From Proteromonas lacertae (taxonomy: Eukaryota): DNA of 64,000 bases. A program made the position numbers and the translations under genes. The stretch is taken from NCBI GenBank assembly GCA_002245135.1, contig NGBS01000889.1:62001-126000 (forward strand), given 5' to 3'. The notes below the pieces were generated by a model. That model searched no databases, was not told the origin of the DNA, and worked only from the letters and a program-made list of their open reading frames with translations. Of the stretch, positions 39,812 to 51,128 are shown one piece after another; position 1 is the first letter of the stretch, and every line of letters begins with the position of its first letter.

Positions 39812-40788
39812 TTGGTAGTTTTTTATGAAAATGAAACTTTATACAATGTTTTGCCTAATAGGTTAATATTAAAGACAAAAAATGATAAACCAATAAAAAC
39901 TGTTGAATATCAACCGTTAGATCAATCTGCTTCAATTATATTAGGTGGTTCAAATGATGGTAGTTTATATATTTGGGATATAAGATGTTCAAATGATGCA
40001 ATTAATACTGTATTTATGTTATAATAATAATAATAATAATTTGTAATAGATTCCAAATATTCATCATTCAGAATTAACATCAGTTGGTTGGGAACAAGTA
40101 GAAGGCAATATTATTGCCGTTGGATTTAACGATGGAATTATCAAGTTACTGGATTATAGATTCTTAACAACAAATTCTAATTCTAAATCTTCTGAAAACA
40201 GTTCATCATCATCTTCTTCTTCTTCAAGATCACCATCTGATAATCATCATCAACATTATTCAAAACAAAGAAAATCAAATGAAAAAATGGAAGAAGAAGA
40301 AGAGGAAGAAGAAAAAGAAGAAAAAGAAAGAGAAAAAGTGGAAGAAGAAAATGAAGGAGAATCTTCAACTCAATTGAATAAAGCATCATCATCAGAATCA
40401 AGCACTGGCTCAATATTTGTAGGACAACTTCGTTCAGGATATAGTCCAATTAATGAATTGAAGTGGTCACCTCATAAGAGTGGTTACTTAGGTGTATGTA
40501 GTGATGATATAGTTATCTGGAACACTTCTGTATATTTATTTGATTGTTATTTAATAGAGTATGAATGATAAAACTGATATTTTGTTCCGACATTGTGGAA
40601 ATAGAGGTAAAATGTTGTCATTTGATTGGCATAGTGTTAGTAATTGGACAATAGGAAGTGCAAGTAATGAAATTGTTAGAAAAGATAAGGAAGATGTAAT
40701 GATGTGTAATATTCAATTGTGGAGAATTAGTGAATTAATAACTAATGAGTTCGATAGAGCTACTGTTATGGATTGGAGTAAAGTGTAA
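38919..40788 (+). CDS. RBBP4/MSI-family histone-binding WD40 protein (MSI4-like); multi-exon
   Basis: WRENVPYLYD, LFRHCGNRGKMLSFDW, WTIGSAS and IQLWRISELI, with a Ser/Glu-rich insertion. Start codon uncertain. Confidence 0.75.
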
Positions 40789-40877
40789 AAAACCTAAAGA
40801 ATGTATTGTTAAATATATTTGGGGATTTAACATTACCGAAACTTTTTCTTAAACCATTTATTTTTGTTTTTGTTTTT

Positions 40878-42306
40878 ATGAGTGATAATGTGAATAAAAA
40901 AATTAAACGAGAAGAGTTTTTTGGAGATCCTTTAGAAGAGAATCTAAAAGTGGGAGATTATGTCAATTTTCCTTTAAATGGTGTTACTGAATCTGGAGTA
41001 TGGCTATTCTTTTGAAAATATGTATTAGACTATAACAAATATAAATGATCATGCTGTTACAATAGCTTATGCTGGTAATGGAGTGGTAGTTAAGAAAAAA
41101 TCTGTGTCAGTATATTAAAAAGAGTGATTCTAATAGAAACATAAATACCAAATGATATGTGATTTACTAGGATGTGATATGAATAAAATGTCAAACGTTA
41201 TGTCACAAATCGTAAATGAAATAAAAGAAGCTAAAAGAGAACAAGATGAATTAAAAGAGCATGCTAAAAAATCTCAAAATCCAATACGTATATCAAACCA
41301 ACAATCACAATAAATAGTTGTTCAATGTAAATTCTGCAAAAACAAAGACCAAACCAAATTTGAAGAAGATAAAAGGGAAGGTACTGTAATATGCAACAGT
41401 ATAATTAATATAAATTTATACAATTTCATCATTAGTATGTGGTGCCGTATTAATCATCAACAATATGAGTGAAGGTGAGTGGGTAAGATCATTTGAAAAT
41501 CCAGGAGGAGGTAAAGAGAACAATACTCAACATGGTGCAGCTCCAGATCCGTATATGTCATCCTCCTATTCATTACGTACATCAATAGCCGCAAATACAA
41601 AACAGGAGAGATATTTCAACTCATTAATGAATCAAATAGAGATGGGAAATAATCAAGAAGGTGAGAAAAGAACAAGAGAAGGGTATAAAGATAAGCAGAA
41701 GGAGGAAGCAAGATTGGTAATTAATAAGATAATAGAGAGATTAAGTCTGCCAAAGATAATATCATCCCATGCATTAGGTTATTTTAGTAAATACAGAGAT
41801 ATTAAAGAGAAAGTGATGGATTTAGATATTGTTTTAGGTGGATGTGTTATTATGATATCCTTTTATTTATTATTATTATTGAAAAGAAATAAAGATAATA
41901 TATTATAGAGAGAAAGATATAAATATTTCATTTTTTCTTCTATTTTCTTTTAATTTCTTCTTATTCTTTTTTCTTTTCTACTAAAAAAGAAGAGAATAAT
42001 AGGCAATTTGATTATTGTTCTAATATTGTTATTATATGTTTTTATTAGGTTTTTTTAACTATGTAAGCTTTTAGTGATTTTCAAAAGGTTGAACATTATC
42101 GACCATTGGCTTTTAAATGTGATAAATGTGAAAGAATATTTCCAACAAAAGATTCATTATCAAAACATCAAGATATATGTTTAAATATTAAAAGACAAAA
42201 GACAAATGATTATGTTGATGATAGATCTAAATTGTATAAGATGATTGACATTCCACCAGATGTTGATCCTGATGCTCCAATCTCTTCTATTAGTTTAAAG
42301 ATATAA
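40878..42306 (+). CDS. TFIIB-related factor: N-terminal extension, zinc ribbon, one cyclin-like repeat, C-terminal zinc finger
   Basis: Spliced CKFC..DKREGTVICNICGAV..EWVRSF, then INKIIERLSLP..GGCVIMAF and FKCDKCERIFPTKDSLSKH. Confidence 0.7.
41855..42066 (+). other. U12-type intron, AT-AA, 212 nt
   Basis: 5' ATATCCTTT, branch-like TTTTTTAAC at 42051-42059. The AA acceptor restores the frame. Confidence 0.75.
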
Positions 42307-42424
42307 AAATAAAAATCTATTATTAAATTTTCACTAAATAGAAATAAAATAAAAATATTTTGGTTCTTTTATGGTAATTGTTGATTTATAATATATAACA
42401 CATTAAAACAATCATTTCATTATC

Positions 42425-43486
42425 TTATTTTATAATACTTTCATTAAATTCAATATCTAATTCACTTTCTATATCCCACTTATACTTTTCTCTCATAAAT
42501 ACACATATTTTACTAGTTATTTTATATATTTCTGTTGAACTATTCTCACTCTCACTTACTATTTCTACAAGATTCTATATACAATAATATAATAATATAA
42601 ACTATATACATGAAGAATCTTTTTGATGAAATTATTATCTGAAATTGATGTATTTAAAAAATCAGTTGGTAATTCATTCAACTGTAAATAGAAACAATTC
42701 AATCCATCAACAATTAGCTGATTATAATTCGATGTATTTGAACTTATTATATTATCAGCATTACATAATAAATAACTCATCTTCTTCCATTCTTCTAAAC
42801 CATCATAATCTTCACCAATTATAAAACCAATGAATGAAATTTCATATTCACTTAAGAAATTATTATAATTATTGCCATAAGACGAATTTATTGTATTGAT
42901 TATTGTATTTGATGTATCCATCATGTAATTTATTATTTCTGATGGTTTTAGTGTTGATGGTGGTTTATAATCAGGAAGAACAGTGAAGTATTTTTGTGTA
43001 TCACTTAATGGAATTATTTTTGATAATGTTTCTTGATTAATATGCTTTGACAGTTTCAACCATTTGTCATAGTATTTATATGGATAAGGACCTAATTGAT
43101 TATCAAATTCGTAATGACTACAAGCAATTTTATATCGATTTTGTTCATCTATATTTAATTTTGTGGGAATTATTGTCTCTGACTCTACATCCCATTCATA
43201 TATTACTATCTATAATCAATATAATTATATTAATTTATACACTCTTCAATTCAGTAAAGAGAAATGTGTAATTCATTATTCCATCCATTGAATTGTGATT
43301 TGAAACACGACTATACAGTATATGTGGACCTGGAGGTATCATTTTAAATCCAATAAATTTATTCTTTATTGTCCAACAATAAAAATCAATCCCTATTTCT
43401 GTCAATTCTGGTACATTCAATATTAAAATAGTTCCACCATTATCATTCAATAGTTTTGCTTGTTCTGGAGTAAGCACAGCTGCCAT
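42425..43486 (-). CDS. AAR2: U5 snRNP assembly factor AAR2; multi-exon
   Basis: EIGIDFYCW..FIGFKMIPPGPH, FLSEYEISFIGFIIG..LEEWK and QLNELPTDF. The 3' end is approximate. Confidence 0.85.
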
Positions 43487-43622
43487 TATAAGTAATTTAA
43501 TTATCAAGTTTTTGCTTGAGTACAATTCATTATTTCGAAAATAATTCCTCTACGAAAGCATACTTCGTGCTTTTGATTAGTTTTTCCTGATATTTGTTTA
43601 AAACATAGTCCAGAAGTGAGAT

Positions 43623-45793
43623 ATGAGTAATAATTCATCACACAATTCACAACTATATAAGTCAGCAAGTTCATATTCTCCTTCATATTATAGCAGAAGT
43701 CAATCAAGTTCATCACCATATGAAACTGGACATTCGCCTTACCCTGGCCCATCATCACAGCAATATTACACAACTCCAACTAGCAGCTCTGTATAAATTG
43801 CATTATCATTAAATTATTTATTAGCGTTCTCCATATCCAGTTAGTTCATCTGCTGATACTTTGAAAGAAGATCCAGAGAAAAAAGAATGGTCAGTTCATC
43901 AAACAAAAGATGGTCAAACATACTATTACAATAGCGTATGTACTTATTAAAATATTTGGTATAGAGAACAAGGAAAAGTACGTATGAAAAACCAGAATGT
44001 CTGAAATCAGAAGCAGAAAAGATGTTAAGATGTATTTGGAACGAATATACCACCAAAGATGGCCATAAATATTGGTATAATACCAAAACAAAGAAATCAG
44101 TATGGGAAATGCCAGTTGAATACAAAGAATACTTAATTAAGAAGGAAAGGATAGAAAGAGCCAATAGTCTTCAGCAAGAATCACTTTCTAAATCATCATC
44201 ATTATCATCACATCGAAAATCATATCCATCTCCAGCTATGAATGGATCGTATATATCTCCACCATCTTCCTCCTCAACACCACTAACAGTTACACCAACA
44301 GTAATACCAACTATAGGTACTCAATTAAGACCAGGATTATCAAAAGCAGAAGCTGAAATGGAGTTTTATACATTATTAGATGAATATCGAATACCATCAG
44401 GAATGCCTTGGCCAGATGTGATTTCAACCGTTCAGAATGATCCACGATGGAATATAATCAGTAATATAAGTGATAAGAAAGAAGCATTTGATGATTATTG
44501 TAAACTAGCAATTGGAAGGGAGAGAGAAAGAGATAAACAACAGATAGAAGAAGCAAGAAAAAAATATAGAAAATTGTTAGAAAATACACCTGAAATAAAG
44601 CCACATATGAAATTTGTAGAAGTTGAACAATTATTAGGTACAAAAAAGGAGTATATAATAATAATAATTATTATTATTATGTATAGTTTATGTCGATTAT
44701 ATCTAAGTAAAGAAAGACGTGAAATATGTGAGAAATATCTCCAAGAATTAGATTATAGGGAAAGAGAACAACATAGTAAACATAGAGATGAGAATATAAA
44801 GAAGTTCCTTGAATTATTAAAAGAAAGAAATCCAGATTATACAAAGAGATTATCTGATATAAAGGATTTGATAAATGATGATTATAGATTCTATGTATAT
44901 TGATATTATTAATTGTAGGGAATTGATCATACTGATCGATGTATTACTTATGATAATTATGTAAGAATGAAACAAGAAGAAGAAAAGAAAGACCATATTA
45001 ACGATATTACTAAAAATATTGACATATTTCATGGTATATTAAAAGAGAAATTGATTCTTGGAAAAATAAATACAAATACACAGTATATTTGTATTTATTA
45101 TATATATGAATATTTAGATGGGTGAATATTCGTGAACCTTTACGTAATTGTAAGTGGTATAAAGATTTAAGAGATTTTAAAGAATCATTGACGAAGATTT
45201 ATTATGACTATATGGATGTGTTAAAGAAAGAATTAATAAAACCAATAAATGAAATTAATGATTATTTTTCATCAATACATAGGAAGATAGATATGAATAT
45301 GAGTTTTAAAGACTTTAATAATTTAATAGTTAATGATGCAGTAATGAGGAATAAAGTTGATCAAAATGAAATATTATATAAATTAGCATTTAATGAAATA
45401 CATTCAAAAGTATTATATATGATGATATATATATAATGAATAGTTAATACAAGAAGCAAGGGATTATTTGAAGAGTAAAAGAGATATTATATTTAATCTA
45501 TTAAAGTCTAATTATAATCGAGAAATTCATACAAATGTTAGTTATGAGGTTGCATCTGAAAAATTTGAGGAAATTCGTGAATGGAGAAGAGTATCTGATG
45601 ATTTGAGGTATTTATGGTTTAATGAGTATATGACTAACTTAAAATCAAGATTATTTGATGAACAAAGTTTGAAAGCAGCTAGAAAATTAAAGAGGAGTAT
45701 ATAAATGCTAATAATATCTATATATATATAGAGTTGGAAATAAGTGGAGATGAGGATGATTCTGGAAAATCAAAAAAACAGAAAAAAGAATAA
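43623..45793 (+). CDS. PRP40: Prp40-like WW/FF-domain splicing factor; multi-exon
   Basis: Two WW domains (WSVHQTKDGQTYYYN; WNEYTTKDGHKYWYN..SVWEMP) followed by FF repeats. Confidence 0.88.
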
Positions 45794-45884
45794 GGGAAAA
45801 ATGTATTTTAAAAGAAGGAAGGAAGGAATTATAATCGAAAATAATTTGTAATTTTTCATTGTGTTGATTTTGTTGAATGATATT

Positions 45885-47201
45885 TTAAAGGAAATTGCCT
45901 TTTACCCATCCCTTTATATATTTTATATTCATATTCAAATCATTAATTCTTTTTATCTATAATATTAAATTAAATATAATTATACATCTTCATCATTCAA
46001 ATCAAAATCACTAATTTTGAAATTTTCACTTACATGTTGAAATGATGATGATCTTGGCAGAGGAATCATATCATTTATTACACTCCATTTAACCAACACT
46101 TGTGCAGTACTCTATTAAACCATAATATGACAATAATGAACATACTACTTTTTTATTCTTTGCAATTTCTTTAATTACATTGTTTTGCAATAAAGGAACT
46201 ACTGATTTACTATATAATATAATATATATATATAACTGATACTTGAAATAACTACTTCCACCACTTCCTAAAGGAGAATAAGCTTCAACAATGATATTAT
46301 TCTTCTTACAAAACTCTCTTAATTCAATCTGTGTATTATATGGATGACATTCTATTTGATTAACACATGGCTGTATTTTACAATTGTTTAATAGATCTAC
46401 CAACTGTGAAATAGTGAAATTTGACACTCCTATTGATTTCACCATTCCTAATTCATATAATCTTTCAAACTCTTTCCAAGTTTCTAAATATTCGATTTTA
46501 GCCGATCATCTATACATTATTATTCAATATTATATACTATTTTACCAGTCAATAAGGATATAGTATCCATATAGGAGGATCCAAACACTGAACTTGGCTT
46601 TGATAGTAATTGAAGAAAAGAATCTTTCGTATAGTCAAAGATATTAAAATAGAATGAACTATTTAAAAGATATAGAAGGAGATGAAGCTAAAGGAGATAG
46701 TAATGAATTTCTAAACTCTACTGGCCAATGTAACAACAATAAATCAACATAATCAATCTATTTTCATTCAATATTATACAGCTATATACTTTTAAATCTT
46801 TTAAAGACTTTTCTAATGATGATTGTACCTTTCTATTAAGAGTAAATGCGAAATTCATACTTTCTGTGACAATTATTAAATATCTTTGTTGTTATAAATA
46901 GATTACCTCTGTCTATTCCACACTCTTTCATATCTAACATATAATATACATCAATATACTCTTTTCTAAAGCATTTCCTACTTCTTTTTCGTTCCCGTAC
47001 ACTCTGGCACAATCAAAATGATAACATCTAGCATTAAAGACATTACATATACTTATTAGCAAAAGCTGCTCTGATTGATTCAGATATTGCTTTATTTGCT
47101 AATCTGTATGTTCCCAATCCTATAGTTGGTATTTTTATACCATTATTTAAACGTTTGAACTAATGAAAGACATAAATATTGAAATATACAAGAATTGACA
47201 T
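45885..47201 (-). CDS. aldo/keto reductase; many introns, one AT-AC; possible 1-nt indel near 46503
   Basis: IPTIGLGTY, FDCARVYGNE, DLLLLHWP, KSIGVSNF, NQIECHPY and EAYSPLG. Confidence 0.85.
46634..46673 (-). other. U12-type intron, AT-AC, 40 nt
   Basis: ATATCTTTT..TATTTTAAT-ATCTTTGAC. Its removal deletes an in-frame TAG and enters the only frame open to the next donor. Confidence 0.65.
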
Positions 47202-47277
47202 ATAATCTCACAACTTCTTTTCAAAAACATCAAATCAACATATTATACAGAAAAAAAGAATAATTATGATGTATTAT

Positions 47278-48198
47278 TTAAGCTTGGGGAAGATTTAACA
47301 ACAAATTACTTCCTTTTCCTGGTAAATAAGTAACAGAAGAAGATCTAGCTAAAATTCTAGCAACATCAGTAGCAGTATTTATTCTGCGTATTTCAATATA
47401 TCCTCTTCCTGCTTTAGCACAAGCTTGTGACACTAATGCTGCAGATTGTGATTCACCTTCAGAACGAATGATATTTGCCATTTTCTCTTGTTCTGATTTT
47501 TGTACTATAAATTTAGCCATTTCAGCTTGTTGTTGTGCTACAACCTTCTGTTCAATAGCCTTTGTATATTCATTACCAAAAGTCATTTCAATAATAGAAA
47601 CATCAACAACATCAATGTGATATTTATTGGCTCTTTTTCTTAATTCATTTAATATTCCTGCATACACTTGTTCTCTACATGTTAATAATTCCTCAGCGTT
47701 TCTCTTTGCCACAATGACTTTTAATACTTCATTTGTCAAAGATGTGAAAATTCTATCGTCGTAATCAACACCTAATTCACGATATATTTCTGATAAATGA
47801 TCTATTTGTGGATGAGATAATATTCGAAGTTTAATTGTTACCTATTTATAATTAGTCTTAATATTTAAGTGTACTTTTTGCAAATCTTGAGTTCCTGTAC
47901 TTGATGTTACATTACGTGTTTTTGTACGAATATCCATCTTTTTTGGATACTATAGAAACCTTAAATTTAGAAAAATACTTGCATAAATGGAATTCTTATA
48001 TGTGTACCTTCTCCAATTGGTGTTGGCAAGATACCCTTCAATCTATCAAACATTACTACTCTTTCACCAGCATCAACTATAATATTCATAATAATCATTA
48101 ATAATACCATCATAAATGCAAGCAGCTGCACCAACTCCAACTACTGCAACTCCAGCTACTAATCCAACTAATTTTGCAGAAGAACGCAAGATATTCAT
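47278..48198 (-). CDS. prohibitin; 3 introns
   Basis: [30 protein letters not shown] and [13 protein letters not shown]. Confidence 0.92.
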
Positions 48199-48266
48199 AA
48201 GAAAATGAAAATGATAATTACAAACCTAAAACAAGCCTCAAACAAGAATCAAAGCTAATTTAAAGA

Positions 48267-48844
48267 ATGATCAAATTTATTATACCTGGTTCATCTTCCT
48301 TTGTTGTTGCTGTAATATCTTTTATATTATATGTATTTGCTACTAAATTATCTTGTAGTTTCTTTCTGCTGTTTCTCTAATATGGAGTAGGGAAGTGTAC
48401 ACATGCACATATGCTATTTTAACAATTATTATGACAATGGAAGGAATATATGCAGTACAGTTTAGTGATTTTCTCATAATTAAATTATTTGCTGGATTTA
48501 CAGTTTTTAACACTATTTATTCGTATTATTTGCTTTAATCATATACAATAGAATCATATTAGGTTTAATTTATATATTAGGTTATTTAATTCCATGTGAA
48601 AATCCAAATGACTGTAGTAGTACCACTTTTTCTTATAAAATGTATGGTATGTTTATTGCTATTGGAGGAGGTGTTGCAAATGTATGTTTTAAATCATTTT
48701 TTTATATTTTTACAGTGTTTAATTAGTTCTACTTTGCTATTTAGAGTAAGACAGGCAGATATAATATCTGAATCTTCAATATCATGGAGTGATCAAGTTG
48801 ATAATCAAACATTTTCAAATCCAATAATAGAAGATGACTTTTAA
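48267..48844 (+). CDS. small hypothetical membrane protein; exon structure uncertain
   Basis: Hydrophobic exon-like segments between GT-AG introns, ending ..NPIIEDDF-stop. Confidence 0.35.
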
Positions 48845-49112
48845 TGCTAAATATAATTTACATGACAGATAGTTTAGATATAATATAATTAATGAATTAT
48901 GTATTTTATTTGTTTAACTTTTATATATTATTAAAAATAGATATGTAATTTGAATGTAAAAGTTACAGTAATATTTCTATTTTGTTTCTTTACACACTAC
49001 TATCGTTAAATACCAAAATAACATCATCAAACAGTGTATTTATTTTTATATTGTGCTTTTAGACATTAATATCTTGTATTTTGAATATTTATACTATTTT
49101 AACATAAAGGCA

Positions 49113-51040
49113 ATGGCTGTACCATATAAAGTATAAAACATATTTACTTGTTTAGATTATATCTGTTTTAAAATCATCGACTAATTGTACAACTCAATTA
49201 GTTGCAACATGGAAAGAAACTGTGTATATATAAAACATATAAACAGGTTGATGAAGATAAATTAATTTATTATTTGGTATAAATGTATTGCTTTATTCTA
49301 TAGTCACTTTGTAATTTACTATCTAATTCCTTCCATTTACTACCATCGGCATTTGTTAATGTAAATGACAATAATGTAACAATGTTAAGGAATTGCTATG
49401 ACAGTAATGTGTTTTCTTTTGACTTTGATAAAAATACCATTATTCAGTTTATTCAAGATTTATCTCTTTCAATATATTATATGTATAAATCTAATTTTAT
49501 TCATGGCAATATTATACCATCAAATATTGTTTATACAAATGAAAATCGTTTTTATTTAGTTGATACAGGAAATTATTTATTAAATAATGAGATGACTTTC
49601 GATGATATTTTTATTTCACAGTTTTATAGTCCAGAATATTTATCTAATAAAGAACTATCAATAGAAAGTGATATATGGGGATTTGGATGTATCTTAGCAT
49701 CTATTGTATCAGGAGACTCACCTATTAATATATTGAATGAATATAAATGTAATATTTATTTTGATTATCTTGATGATGTGAAAGAATTATTATTTGATAT
49801 AATAACTAATTGTTTAAATTTTGATCAATATAAAAGAATTACTCCTTATGAGTTAATATTATACAGTGAAAGTATATAAAATAAATTATAATGATGATTA
49901 CTATAGAACTTCAAAGAATTGATAAACATGAATCATTTTATAGATGTTATGAGAAATATTGTATATCTTATACTTATATATATAGCTAATTCTTATGAGA
50001 ATGAAGTTAATTTGTTAATTTTCAATGATTCATATATTAGAATACCATCATTGCTTGATAGAATTACATCTGCTGATCGTATATATTTACAATTATATAT
50101 ATGTATTCATATCTTTAGGTCATTTAATTAAAAAGTTGTGTAATTTCTATAATTTCAAAAGAAATTCAAAAGTGTTTGGTTTTCTAATTAATATGTCTAT
50201 ATGTGACTATCCTGATACTCACAAAGTTGTCTCAAAATTACTAGAGCTAAAAGAAAAAGGAAGTTGCTCAAAGATACTATTGAGTAGAGGTAGTGATTAT
50301 TTATTGAATTGTTGTTGTATATTTTTTAATTAGTATTATGTAATAATAGATACTCCTTTATTAAAGAATGAAATTAAATTGTTATCAGTCGTAATAAGAT
50401 CTTGCATCTCATTAGAAAAGTTATACTTGGGTAGTATATTCTACTTTTTTTACTTTGTGTATTTTTAGATATGAAACTAGATGATAAAGACATTGATGAA
50501 TTAGCTCCTGCATTTCAACAGATAAAAAACCTAAAAGTTTTATCTTTTTCTAGTATTATCGATACAATATTATTTCTTTTCTATATATAGCTAATAATAT
50601 TACTGATAAAGGAATAGATTCTTTATCTAAATATGTTATTTTTTCTTCATCATTCCAATGTCTTTTTCTTGATAGTATTCAATAATTAATAATATTATGT
50701 TAATATTATAGATAATAATATTGCTGGAAATACTGAAGGTTTTAAAGTGTTTATGAATTTATTATGTCAATCAGAATCATTGGAGAGAATATCACTACAA
50801 GATAATAAATTAGAAAAAAATGGAGCAAATGTTATAAACGATATTATTAAGAATTTTACTTCTTTGGTGGAGTTAAATCTTCAAAATAACAATATTAAGC
50901 TGGAAGACATGAAATTAATTACAAAAAGTTTAGACAGGAACAAGAACTTCTATTTCTTTGGAGTATCGAAGAATGATTTCTCTTTACCAAGTTTTGATGT
51001 GTTTAGAAAATCATATTTGCCATTTGTACAACTGAAATAG
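49113..51040 (+). CDS. pseudokinase fused to RNI-like LRRs; multi-exon
   Basis: IHGNIIPSN, LVDTG, YSPE and SDIWGFGC, followed by LRRs (ISLQDNKLEKNG, LNLQNNNI). Confidence 0.72.
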
Positions 51041-51128
51041 CTGTTATTTTTATTTATTTACTTTTATACAAAGAATTTATATAAATTCATAATAATACAG
51101 TGAAAATATTTTATTAATTAGATATATC

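Noticed and set aside
46555..46562. ATATCCTT in the aldo/keto reductase as a further U12 donor
   Set aside because: There is no branch-like motif or in-frame acceptor downstream. It reads as coding sequence.
48316..48324. ATATCTTTT as a U12 donor in the small membrane protein gene
   Set aside because: The frame stays open through it, and such words occur by chance in AT-rich DNA.
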